Shown one piece after another: positions 28,103 to 36,137 of a DNA stretch of 64,000 nucleotides. This stretch comes from a virus. The DNA lies in the IMG/VR virus record IMGVR_UViG_3300016471_000517, positions 1 to 64,000 of that record. One strand, 5' to 3'. A program made the position numbers and the translations under genes. The notes below the pieces were generated by a model. The model worked only from the letters and a program-made list of their open reading frames with translations, was not told the DNA's origin and did no database searches. The stretch's first letter is position 1, and each line of letters begins with the position of its first letter.

Positions 28103-28510
28103 ATGTCCACCACCTCCACCGTCACCGTCCCCGCCGCCTTCCTGCCCGCCGCCATCGACCAGTCGATCCGCGCCGTTGAGGTCACGAAGGACCTCTCCTC
28201 CCTGTACCCGATCATCGGGTGCGATATGGTGGAGATCGTCCCGATCAACCACGCCTACGATTTCACCATGTGGTGCGACGAGGAGGGCTACCTCAAGGGT
28301 TCCCCGCTCAACATCCGGGCCTCCGTCATCGCGGGCCGTCACATCTTCGGGAATGTGATCCTCACCGGGGGCAAGGAGGAGATCGAAGCCTTCAGAATGT
28401 CCTGCCCCGCCGAATGGTTCCAGTCGGTGGAGGAGGCCGCAGCGTCGGTGCTGATGGCCCACCCCGAACTGCTCCGCCTCATCCTCGTGCAGGAGGGGGG
28501 AAAGAAATAA
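28103..28510 (+). CDS. DUF3846-like protein
   Basis: LY..IGC.MVE.V, MWCDEEG.LKG.P.N.RAS, IFGNV..TG. Confidence 0.75.
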   Translation: MSTTSTVTVPAAFLPAAIDQSIRAVEVTKDLSSLYPIIGCDMVEIVPINHAYDFTMWCDEEGYLKGSPLNIRASVIAGRHIFGNVILTGGKEEIEAFRMSCPAEWFQSVEEAAASVLMAHPELLRLILVQEGGKK

Positions 28511-28560
28511 ATCTTTCTTTCACGCTTGACAAGCGCACCTCGAACTGGTACAATACACCC

Positions 28561-28782
28561 ATGACCACCACCCTCACCGTCAAGATTCCCGCTTCCTGCG
28601 ACCGTTACGCCTACGCCTACGGCTGGGTTTCCGGCTGCATGAGCAATGTCGCAATCTACATCAAGCAGTTGGAAAACGCCACGGACGATGAACACCGCGC
28701 ACTCCTCGTGGAGCGCATCATGAATCAGGTGGAGTCCTTCAAGGCGATGGATGACTGCCTTCACAAGGAGGAAACGAAGTGA
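28561..28782 (+). CDS. hypothetical early protein
   Basis: TTGACA(28526)/TACAAT(28549)-6nt-ATG. Confidence 0.7.
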   Translation: MTTTLTVKIPASCDRYAYAYGWVSGCMSNVAIYIKQLENATDDEHRALLVERIMNQVESFKAMDDCLHKEETK

Positions 28783-29024
28783 ACAACACCCTAGCCCGTC
28801 GTGCCCGAATCATGCTCTCCGAAGGACAGCAGATCGTCGTCAAGTTTCGCAAAAAGGATGGAACGGAGACCACTCGCGGAATCACCCGCAACCTGACCAT
28901 CATTCCGAAGGACAAGCATCCGAAGTTTGTCCGAGCCGAGAACCCCCACTTCATCACCGGTTTCGACCTTGAGAAGGTAGACTGGATTCGGTTTCACGAA
29001 GACGATATTCTTGCGGTCCTCTGA
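28779..29024 (+). CDS. SH3/WYL_2 (DUF2693)-like protein
   Basis: AAGGAGG SD + GTG; VKFRKKDGT...TRNL..IP..FDLEK.DW..F. Confidence 0.75.
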   Translation: MNNTLARRARIMLSEGQQIVVKFRKKDGTETTRGITRNLTIIPKDKHPKFVRAENPHFITGFDLEKVDWIRFHEDDILAVL

Positions 29025-29059
29025 TTGAAACTCGCACCCCGAACTGGTACAATGCACCC

Positions 29060-29416
29060 ATGAACACTCTCCACCCGATTCGTTCCTCCGCCTGTGTCTC
29101 ACTCGCCGCCAACATCCGCGAGAGCGAACTGATGCTCCCGCAGATCAAGGGCGACGCCCTTGAGACCAATGCAACCCTCGCGTTCTGCGAGATCGCCATG
29201 TCCGTCCCCCCGCAATGGTTCACGCCCGCCGAGCGCATGACGATCTTCAATGTCGTGAACACGCTCTACGGCCATCCGACGAAGTTTCTGTCGGACATCG
29301 ACAGCGAGACCGTTTCCTTCGTCGCCAAGTGTGGCGAACTCTGCGGAAATCGCCCACTCGCTTCCTTCGTGGAGGCTCTGCACAAGGTCCACGAAGCGGA
29401 GTGCGGAAAGAACTAG
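29060..29416 (+). CDS. hypothetical early protein
   Basis: TTGAAA(29025)/TACAAT(29048)-6nt-ATG. Confidence 0.7.
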   Translation: MNTLHPIRSSACVSLAANIRESELMLPQIKGDALETNATLAFCEIAMSVPPQWFTPAERMTIFNVVNTLYGHPTKFLSDIDSETVSFVAKCGELCGNRPLASFVEALHKVHEAECGKN

Positions 29417-29430
29417 GGTGCAGGAGGGTC

Positions 29431-29460
29431 CGATGGGGGGGCCGAAAGGCCCCCCCATCG
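29431..29460 (+). terminator. GC hairpin
   Basis: CGATGGGGGGGCC-GAAA-GGCCCCCCCATCG. Confidence 0.7.
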
Positions 29461-29466
29461 TGGACA

Positions 29467-29559
29467 GGACTACTATCCGAAAATCCTTAAGGATTTTCGG
29501 ATTTCTCGCTGGACTGTTCGCCCACCTCGCCGGATAGTAGTCCGAGGACGTTATCGGAC
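29467..29559. repeat. palindromic element copy 3 + TTATCGGAC box
   Basis: GGACTACTATCCGAAAATCC-TTAA-GGATTTTCGGA...CGGATAGTAGTCC. Confidence 0.9.
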
Positions 29560-29629
29560 CCCCCAAAAAAACTTCTATATTTCCATCCTCCCGGTTGACA
29601 CCACCCCCCGCCCGTGATACAATGCACCC

Positions 29630-29863
29630 ATGACCAACCCATACGACCCCAACTACGAAGATGACACCAACGACTCCGACCTCATGCCCTACGATGATGC
29701 GTTCGATGACGAAGATTACGTTGCCGAACTGATCGCGGAAGGCTACAGCGAGGACGAAGCCCGCCGCATGGTGGGTGAATACAACGCCGACGAGTTCTAC
29801 GGCTTCGATGATGACTCCGACCGTGACACTCCCGACTTCATTGACGATGGAGACTTTGAATGA
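29630..29863 (+). CDS. very acidic 77-aa protein (DNA-mimic candidate)
   Basis: TTGACA(29595)/TACAAT(29618)-6nt-ATG; Asp/Glu-dominated. Confidence 0.75.
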   Translation: MTNPYDPNYEDDTNDSDLMPYDDAFDDEDYVAELIAEGYSEDEARRMVGEYNADEFYGFDDDSDRDTPDFIDDGDFE

Positions 29864-30219
29864 TCGTTAAGATCAGAGCAGCCTTTCCCAAAACGGGAAG
29901 TTCGGGATGGAAGGTGCGCAGGCACAACAAGTGCATGGCAAGCCTTCTGCGGTGTGCGGCTCTTTCATCACGCTCGGATCAAAGTTTTGGCATGATGATC
30001 ACCGCAGACTTCTCCATGACCTACCGAAGCGACATCTACATCTACACAATAGAGTTTCCAGATTCGTGGGCAGAATCCCAGATTCAACAGTTTGCCCGCC
30101 TCGTAAAACAAGTGAAACATTTCTACGCCGTGGACTTGACACCCCTTTCTCCGACTGGTACAATACCACCATGCACCGACCCAACTCACCAACGACCTGT
30201 GACATCAGCGACCTGCTGA
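29860..30219 (+). CDS. hypothetical protein
   Basis: ATGA overlap with upstream stop, GGAG SD. Confidence 0.5.
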   Translation: MIVKIRAAFPKTGSSGWKVRRHNKCMASLLRCAALSSRSDQSFGMMITADFSMTYRSDIYIYTIEFPDSWAESQIQQFARLVKQVKHFYAVDLTPLSPTGTIPPCTDPTHQRPVTSATC

Positions 30220-30398
30220 ACGAAGTGTTCTCCTTCATTCAGGAGAACCCCCTGTGGTACGAGAACGAGGACGGCCTGCGCTCAATGGCGAAGGCGTACT
30301 CAATCATCGGGATGGTTTCCCGCCCCGATATGTGTACCGAAGAGGAGTGCGAGTTCGTCATGTCCATTCACGCCCAACTTCAGGAGGCCCGTCAATGA
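30171..30398 (+). CDS. hypothetical early protein
   Basis: TTGACA(30136)/TACAAT(30159)-6nt-ATG. Confidence 0.65.
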   Translation: MHRPNSPTTCDISDLLNEVFSFIQENPLWYENEDGLRSMAKAYSIIGMVSRPDMCTEEECEFVMSIHAQLQEARQ

Positions 30399-30739
30399 AC
30401 CCCAAGAACCAGTTTGAAGGATTCTTCGACAATCCGGAGAAGCCCCTCTCCTTCAACGCCGACACGATCAAGCCTCCGATGGGAGCCATCATTCAGACGC
30501 TCATGATGGTCTGCGCGTCGGTTCCCGAATGGCACAAGCAGGGTGCAATGCGACTGTTCATGTGCGAAGGACTGCACATGGCATCCGACCACATGCGCGA
30601 ATACAAGGAGAGAGGTGACGATCCTCCGGTGACGAGTGCCGAGGCAGCGTTCATGATGATTCTTGGAGATCTGCTCGCCGCCACCACGCAGTACGCTTCG
30701 GACGAAGAAAAGAAAAAGTTTCGTACCGACGAAGAGTGA
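30395..30739 (+). CDS. hypothetical protein
   Basis: AGGAGG SD, ATGA overlap. Confidence 0.7.
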   Translation: MNPKNQFEGFFDNPEKPLSFNADTIKPPMGAIIQTLMMVCASVPEWHKQGAMRLFMCEGLHMASDHMREYKERGDDPPVTSAEAAFMMILGDLLAATTQYASDEEKKKFRTDEE

Positions 30740-30779
30740 ACTTGACAGCCCCGCGCCCATCGGATAGAATGGGCAACAC

Positions 30780-30852
30780 GGGTTCGTAGCGCAATCGGTA
30801 GCGCAGTAGACTTTTAATCTATTGGTTGTGGGTTCAAGTCCCACCGGACCCA
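30780..30852 (+). tRNA. tRNA-Lys(UUU)
   Basis: Cloverleaf; GTAGA-CTTTTAA-TCTAT arm; GTTCAAG T-loop; promoter TTGACA(30742)/TAGAAT. Confidence 0.95.
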
Positions 30853-30854
30853 TT

Positions 30855-31127
30855 ATGACAGACCCACTTCATTTCGATCCGCAAATCTTCGCACTTCAGA
30901 TGTACGACCGCGTCAACATCGTCGCAGACCTCATCGTGGAGCATTGGTTGGAAGGCAACGCCAATCCCCCGAAGGAACTGATGGATGCCTACTTCGACGC
31001 GGTGGACGCAGCCCAACTCGCTATCAATGGCAACCGACTGCATGAGTCCGTAGTTCGACCCAACGGAGAGTTCTACGAAGAGATTCATGCCAAGTTTGGA
31101 CTTGACAAGGGGCCACTTCTGAAGTAG
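30855..31127 (+). CDS. hypothetical protein
   Basis: ATG 2 nt after tRNA-Lys; GC-biased codons. Confidence 0.6.
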   Translation: MTDPLHFDPQIFALQMYDRVNIVADLIVEHWLEGNANPPKELMDAYFDAVDAAQLAINGNRLHESVVRPNGEFYEEIHAKFGLDKGPLLK

Positions 31128-31138
31128 AATGATCCCAC

Positions 31139-31211
31139 GGCACGGTAGACCAATGGCAGAGTCAATTGACTCAAAATCAATCAAGTGTGGGTTCGAGTCC
31201 CACCCGTGCTA
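31139..31211 (+). tRNA. tRNA-Leu(CAA) lacking the long variable arm
   Basis: ATTGA-CTCAAAA-TCAAT arm, 5-nt variable loop, GTTCGAG; promoter TTGACA(31102)/TAGAAT. Confidence 0.85.
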
Positions 31212-31218
31212 TTACCGA

Positions 31219-31301
31219 GATGGATCTTCTTCAAGACCATCCAAGAAGGAAGGGCCAACGAGCCGGAAACCGTTTACGGTAGACCGTAGATTAGCCCTTC
31301 C
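31219..31301 (+). ncRNA. putative structured RNA between tRNA-Leu and tRNA-Arg
   Basis: GATGG/CCATC stem whose loop can pair with AAGAAGG; GGAAGGGC/GCCCTTCC stem enclosing a hairpin. Confidence 0.4.
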
Positions 31302-31305
31302 GATT

Positions 31306-31379
31306 GTTCCCGTAGCCCAACCGGATAGAGCAGCCGCCTTCTAAGCGGCAGGTTACAGGTTCGAGTCCTGTCGGGAACG
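31306..31379 (+). tRNA. tRNA-Arg(UCU)
   Basis: Cloverleaf; GCCGC-CTTCTAA-GCGGC arm. Confidence 0.95.
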
Positions 31380-31411
31380 TTTGACAAGAAAGAAAAAGGT
31401 GGTACAATGTA

Positions 31412-31515
31412 TCCCAACTTGATTACTATTTTATAAAGTTTGGTGGTTTACAAAAACCACACAGAGGCATTCTGCGAATGCACGGTTGGGAACTAGCCGT
31501 AAAATTAGTTTCCCA
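31412..31515 (+). ncRNA. putative structured leader RNA of tRNA-Ile
   Basis: Follows promoter TTGACA(31381)/TACAAT(31403); two hairpins plus a pseudoknot-compatible segment. Confidence 0.4.
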
Positions 31516-31516
31516 C

Positions 31517-31592
31517 GGAAGGGTGGCTGAAAAGTAGTTAGAGCGCATGCCTTATAAGCGTGAATATGTGGGTGCAACTCCCGCCCCTTCCA
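31517..31592 (+). tRNA. tRNA-Ile(UAU)
   Basis: GGAAGGG/CCCTTCC acceptor; CATGC-CTTATAA-GCGTG arm; variant T-loop TGCAACT. Confidence 0.8.
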
Positions 31593-31651
31593 CTAAACTT
31601 TTTTCCGTCCGATTGCTTGACAAGACCCCAAACAGAAGGTACAATAGAAAC

Positions 31652-31933
31652 ATGAATATCGACTTCAACACCATGGCCATCGTCGTTCTTTCCGCCTTCT
31701 CTGCCTTCTTCGGCATCGGCTACATTCGTGCCCGCATTGCTGACAAGTTTTCCACCCTTCGTGAGGAAATGCAGAGCAATGCGCGAGAGTTCTACGCAGA
31801 ACAGGATCGAATCTACCAGCGCATCAACCGCCTTGAGGAGAGGGTTGAGAGCATGACCACTTACAGTTCTCACAAGCGGTACACCAACGAGAAGCCCATG
31901 CACGACAAGAACTACTACAACTCGGAAGTCTGA
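31652..31933 (+). CDS. single-TM coiled-coil protein
   Basis: TTGACA(31617)/TACAAT(31640)-6nt-ATG. Confidence 0.7.
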   Translation: MNIDFNTMAIVVLSAFSAFFGIGYIRARIADKFSTLREEMQSNAREFYAEQDRIYQRINRLEERVESMTTYSSHKRYTNEKPMHDKNYYNSEV

Positions 31934-31956
31934 CCGCTGCGGACTTGCGATTCATA

Positions 31957-31995
31957 CACAGACCCCCTGAGTATTTGCAGGGGGTCTGTTCTTTT
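31957..31995 (+). terminator. intrinsic terminator
   Basis: ACAGACCCCCTG..CAGGGGGTCTGT + TCTTTT. Confidence 0.75.
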
Positions 31996-32085
31996 GACTA
32001 CTATCAAAAAATCGCCGCTTAAAGCGATTTTTTGAGGATGGGGGATATTATTATTCCGGATAGTAGCCCAGGACAACTTATAGGA
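31996..32085. repeat. palindromic element copy 4 + TTATAGGAC box
   Basis: GACTACTATCAAAAAATCGC..GCGATTTTTTGA...CGGATAGTAGCCC. Confidence 0.85.
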
Positions 32086-32145
32086 CCTGAAAAAAGATTT
32101 CTGTCTTTGGTTGACTCGGACCAAACCTTGTGGTAAGATTGGGGC

Positions 32146-33402
32146 ATGAACAGCAACATCGACATTCGCAAGCGCAACTTCCTCAACGCCCTCTGCATCA
32201 TGTACGGAACGCCCACCTGCGTCGGTGACGCCATCTACACCCGTGACCAATGCCTTGAGGCTCTTCGCCGCTGCCATGATGGGGGATTGCAGACCTATAC
32301 CGTCCTCCCGGCTTGGCTGACGCAGGACCAGTCCCGCCGCCAAGGCCGTGGAGTCTACTCCATTCATGAGATGGTCAACGTGGAGATCGAAGAGGACAAG
32401 AATCTTTCAGAAACTTTCGACTCAAACTTGACCGCACCCGAAACTTGTGATACAATGGAACCCATGAACAGCAACGCCTACAACCTCGTCATGCCCGCCA
32501 ACGATGTTTCCCTCGTCCCCGTCAAGAACGACACTTTCGTGCCGTGGGGTCACTACGAGGACATCAACTCCATCCTCGCATCCAAGCAGTTCGCTCCGGT
32601 CTACATCACCGGACTGTCCGGCAACGGCAAGACCACGATGATCGAACAGGTCTGCGCCAACACCGGGCGCGAGTGCATTCGTGTCAACATCACCGCCGAA
32701 ACGGATGAGGATGACCTCATCGGTGGCTTCCGCCTCATCAATGGCGAAACGAAGTTCGTGTTCGGTGGCGTGGTGCAGGCCATGCAGCGTGGGGCCATTC
32801 TGCTCCTTGACGAGATTGACCTCGGAACGGAGCGCATGATGTGCCTTCAGCCCGTGCTTGAGGGCAAGGGCATCTACATCAAGAAGATCGGCGCGTTCGT
32901 CAAGCCCGCTCCCGGCTTCAATGTGGTGGCCACGGCCAACACGAAGGGCAAGGGTGAGTCTGATCGGTTCGTCGGGACTCGCTGCATGAACGAGGCTTTC
33001 CTTGACCGTTTCTCGTACTGGTTTGAGCAGGAGTACGCGGACAAGGCCATCGAAGCCCGCATCATCATTCGCAAGATGAAGGCTTACGGCAAGGAGGACA
33101 AGGACTTCGCCGGATACCTCGTCAAGTGGGCAGAAACGATCCGCTTGGGCTTCAAGGAGGGTGGCTTGGATGACATCATCACGACCCGCCGACTGGAGGA
33201 AGTCTGCAAGGCGTTCGCCATCTTCGGCAACAAGGAGAAGGCCATCCGTCTGACGCTCACGCGGTTCGACGCTGCAACGCAGGAGGCTTTCTTCAACCTC
33301 TACACCAAGATCGACCCCACCATTCTTCCCACCCCGGAGGGGATGAAGGACGAATCTTCATCCGCCAATCACAACACGCCTGCTAACGCAGTTCACGCCT
33401 AA
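32146..33402 (+). CDS. MoxR/CobS-like AAA+ ATPase
   Basis: GLSGNGKT Walker A, RVNITAETDEDDLIGG, LLLDEID, TANTKGKG, NEAFLDRF, TRRL; promoter TTGACT(32111)/TAAGAT. Confidence 0.92.
   Translation: MNSNIDIRKRNFLNALCIMYGTPTCVGDAIYTRDQCLEALRRCHDGGLQTYTVLPAWLTQDQSRRQGRGVYSIHEMVNVEIEEDKNLSETFDSNLTAPETCDTMEPMNSNAYNLVMPANDVSLVPVKNDTFVPWGHYEDINSILASKQFAPVYITGLSGNGKTTMIEQVCANTGRECIRVNITAETDEDDLIGGFRLINGETKFVFGGVVQAMQRGAILLLDEIDLGTERMMCLQPVLEGKGIYIKKIGAFVKPAPGFNVVATANTKGKGESDRFVGTRCMNEAFLDRFSYWFEQEYADKAIEARIIIRKMKAYGKEDKDFAGYLVKWAETIRLGFKEGGLDDIITTRRLEEVCKAFAIFGNKEKAIRLTLTRFDAATQEAFFNLYTKIDPTILPTPEGMKDESSSANHNTPANAVHA
32428..32456 (+). promoter_or_regulatory. internal promoter giving an in-frame start at 32464
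   Basis: TTGACC-17-TACAAT-7nt-ATG, in frame (codon 107). Confidence 0.7.
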
Positions 33403-33420
33403 CAAAGAAAGAGAAAAAAA

Positions 33421-33651
33421 ATGCCATACCTCAACAAGCGCAATCGTTTCGTCGCAGCCGCCAAGAACTACGCGGAGAACAGTCCGCTCCTTCAGGGCGA
33501 CTTCAGCAAGTTCACCAAGCACGATCTTCTTCAGATCGCGCAGAGCATCAACATGAAGGGTGTTCCGACTTGGGTGCTGAAGGAGTACCGTAGCGCGGTG
33601 AGTCAGAGGGCTTACGATCTGTCCTCACTCATCAACCCCGTGACCGTCTGA
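33421..33651 (+). CDS. standalone paralog of the AAA N-terminal domain
   Basis: KRNRFV..Y..FTK.DL..PTWV..R..R.Y.L resembles KRNFL..Y..YTRDQ..PAWL..RRQGRGVYSI. Confidence 0.65.
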   Translation: MPYLNKRNRFVAAAKNYAENSPLLQGDFSKFTKHDLLQIAQSINMKGVPTWVLKEYRSAVSQRAYDLSSLINPVTV

Positions 33652-33660
33652 TGCTGTTCA

Positions 33661-33690
33661 TGCCCCGGCCCCCACAAGGGGGCCGGGGCA
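33661..33690 (+). terminator. GC hairpin
   Basis: TGCCCCGGCCCCC-ACAA-GGGGGCCGGGGCA. Confidence 0.7.
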
Positions 33691-33699
33691 GCAGGTGTC

Positions 33700-33808
33700 G
33701 GACTACTATCCGAGGCCCCGCTAAAGGGCCGAGGACTCGCAGAACTTTATTATTTTTGGATGGTGCCGGATAGTAGTCCCCCCCGGACCAGCTCGAACGT
33801 TACCGGAC
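33700..33808. repeat. palindromic element copy 5 + TTACCGGAC box
   Basis: GGACTACTATCCGAGGCCC..GGGCC...CGGATAGTAGTCC. Confidence 0.85.
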
Positions 33809-33866
33809 GCAAAAAAGATTTTCCATTGCGCTTGACCTGACCCCGAACTTGTGGTAAGATTACAGC

Positions 33867-36071
33867 ATGAACACCTCTCTCTCCATCTTCGCCCGCGCTC
33901 TCGCCACCGAAAACCTTTCTTTCTCCTTTGACGCGGAGGCTCCCACGGCATCGTTCGATGTCAAGACCCGCCACCTCGTCATGCCCGTGTGGAATGTCTC
34001 CGACACCCTTCAGACCATGCTCGTGGCTCACGAGATCAGCCATGCCCTGTGGACTCCCTACGAGCGTAGCGAGGAGTTGATGAAGCAGGCGGAGGCTGAT
34101 GGGTTCGTCGCCAAGTTGCTGCACCGCATCTGCAATGTCATCGAAGATGTCCGCATCGAGAAGATGATGAAGGCGAAGTACCCCGGTACTCGTCGGGACT
34201 TCTTCTTGGGCTACAAGGAGGTCGTGGACAGCGACCTGTTCAAGTTCAGCGAGATGGACATTGCGAAGGTCGGACTCATCAACCGCATGAACATTCACTT
34301 CAAGTGGGGCATTCCCGGCTTTCTGAATGTGAATCTTTCTGACGAGGAGCAGGGCATTGCGGACCTGATCGACGCGGTGCAGACCTTTGACGAGGCTTTC
34401 CAGTTGGCGAAGGCTCTCTACAAGCATCCGTCGATGGACGAGATGCGGAAGAAGTACGAGGAGCAGCAGCAGAATGGTTCCGGCAAGGGCGATCCTTCCG
34501 ATGCCAAGCGTGGCAAGGAGCAGACCGAAGGGCTTGGCATGATCGACATGGAGGGTGGGTTCGTTCGCAAGACGGGTGAAACTTTCACCGCGACCACGCT
34601 CACCATTTCTCCGATTCAGAATGTTTCGGATCAGATCATCACGACCGACGATCTTCTTTCGGAGTTTGAGCAGCAGTCTCACCTCCCGCTCACCATCACC
34701 TCCTACCGGGAGTTCGTGAAGGATTCCGATTCCTTCGTTCGCCAGTTGGTTGCCCAGTTTGAGCGTCGCAAGGCGGCTGACGAGATCCGGCGTGAGCGTC
34801 CCAAGCAGACCGGGATGCTCAACCTTGACCGCCTGCACCAGTACCGGACGCATGACGATATCTTCCTGTCGAAGATCATCAAGCAGGACGGCAAGAACCA
34901 CGGGATCTGCTTCTTCCTTGATTGCAGCGGTTCGATGGGGAACACCATTTCGGATTGCTTCCTTCAGATTCTTCAGTTGGTTTGGTTCTGCGAGAAGGCG
35001 AAGATTCCCTTTGAGGTGTTTGGTTTCACCGAAATGGGCATGATGGGCGAGCGTGGCAGGATTGATTCGGAGACTCTCCGCGCAATGATTGCGAAGGGCG
35101 ACAACAGCCCCTACCAGTCGCAATACGCTCCCAAGTTTGTGAATCTTCGTCCGAACAGCCTGATGTACGGTGGGTGCAAGTTGATTCAGTTGGCATCCTC
35201 GTCGGACGATGCGGCCAAGCGTGAACGGCTCCTCGCCTTTCTCTACGAGGCCATTGTCATGAAGGTGCGGAATCGCGTGTTCTCGCTTGGTTCGACTCCG
35301 ACCGTGGAGGCCATGATGATCGGAAGCCAGTTCATGCAGAAGTGGGTGGCCGACAAAAAGATTCAGATTCCGACCGTCATGGTCGTTACGGACGGTCAGC
35401 CCAACGGAGTCTACTTCCAGTCCGAACACATGAGAAGTGGGGGGGATAGCGTTCCCTACACCGCGATTGGTGGGACTTCCCTCACCGTGAACAACGAGAT
35501 TCTTCAGCAGGTCACTCGCGTCGATACGGTGGCCAACCGTGGAATGTCGATGGGCAATGTCGTGGTGTCGGTCATCCTTGAGGATCTTCGCAAGACTCTG
35601 AACGCCCGCACCGTGGGAATGTTCGTGGGTAGCAAGACTTTCAGCGCGAATATGTTCTGCTCGTTCTGCGTCACGACCGACGAATCGGAGAAGATTCATG
35701 AGGAGGAGCAGGAGCAGTATCGCAAGGGCAACTACAACTCTAGTGGTTCCTACGAGTGCAGCCCCCGGTTCATTGCGATCAAGGAAGTCTACAATCGGGA
35801 AGGGTGCATCATTCTGCCGAAGTCTCTGTACCCCGGCTATGACGGCTTCTTCCTCATCAAGACTCCCAAGATCGTCAAGGACGAGGATGCCATCGTGGAC
35901 TCCGGTACTTTCACGCGAGTGAAGAACACCTTTGTCAAGACGATGGGGCAGCGTGGATCTAGCCGTGTGTTCCTCACCCGGTATGTGGACATCGTGGCGG
36001 GTCAGCCTCTCAAGGCCGTGGGCGAGGAGGTCTACCGCCTCTCTGCCAACCCTGCCAAGAAAGATAAGTAA
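33867..36071 (+). CDS. CobT-like metallopeptidase-vWA domain protein (AAA partner)
   Basis: TASFDV..R.L..P.W, HEISHALWT, NVIEDVRIEK, DCSGSM MIDAS, STP, VTDG; promoter TTGACC(33832)/TAAGAT. Confidence 0.9.
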   Translation: MNTSLSIFARALATENLSFSFDAEAPTASFDVKTRHLVMPVWNVSDTLQTMLVAHEISHALWTPYERSEELMKQAEADGFVAKLLHRICNVIEDVRIEKMMKAKYPGTRRDFFLGYKEVVDSDLFKFSEMDIAKVGLINRMNIHFKWGIPGFLNVNLSDEEQGIADLIDAVQTFDEAFQLAKALYKHPSMDEMRKKYEEQQQNGSGKGDPSDAKRGKEQTEGLGMIDMEGGFVRKTGETFTATTLTISPIQNVSDQIITTDDLLSEFEQQSHLPLTITSYREFVKDSDSFVRQLVAQFERRKAADEIRRERPKQTGMLNLDRLHQYRTHDDIFLSKIIKQDGKNHGICFFLDCSGSMGNTISDCFLQILQLVWFCEKAKIPFEVFGFTEMGMMGERGRIDSETLRAMIAKGDNSPYQSQYAPKFVNLRPNSLMYGGCKLIQLASSSDDAAKRERLLAFLYEAIVMKVRNRVFSLGSTPTVEAMMIGSQFMQKWVADKKIQIPTVMVVTDGQPNGVYFQSEHMRSGGDSVPYTAIGGTSLTVNNEILQQVTRVDTVANRGMSMGNVVVSVILEDLRKTLNARTVGMFVGSKTFSANMFCSFCVTTDESEKIHEEEQEQYRKGNYNSSGSYECSPRFIAIKEVYNREGCIILPKSLYPGYDGFFLIKTPKIVKDEDAIVDSGTFTRVKNTFVKTMGQRGSSRVFLTRYVDIVAGQPLKAVGEEVYRLSANPAKKDK

Positions 36072-36092
36072 ATCTTTCCAAACATCTTCATG

Positions 36093-36134
36093 CCCACCCA
36101 GGACTGGAAGGAGAGAGCCAGTTCTGGGTGGGTT
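36093..36134 (+). terminator. terminator hairpin
   Basis: CCCACCCAGGACTGG..CCAGTTCTGGGTGGG. Confidence 0.65.
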
Positions 36135-36137
36135 CTT

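Larger units (their letters stand above)
25350..36100. other. GC-rich early / host-takeover gene block
   Basis: Abrupt compositional shift, G/C-ending codons, about 19 sigma70 promoters, small ORFs. Confidence 0.85.

Noticed and set aside
33750-35699. 649-aa minus-strand ORF and the many overlapping ORFs in the GC block
   Set aside because: Antisense or alternate-frame shadows of GC3-biased genes; no promoter, RBS or recognisable motifs
32146-36071. Cobalamin biosynthesis (cobS/cobT) auxiliary metabolic genes
   Set aside because: No CobN or other cob genes; the motifs fit the generic phage MoxR AAA + vWA pair
25350-36100. Host chromosomal fragment or prophage junction
   Set aside because: Contents are phage-type genes and tRNAs, the same promoter style occurs in the AT-rich flanks, and there is no integrase, att site or housekeeping gene. 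Mis-assembly cannot be fully excluded without reads.
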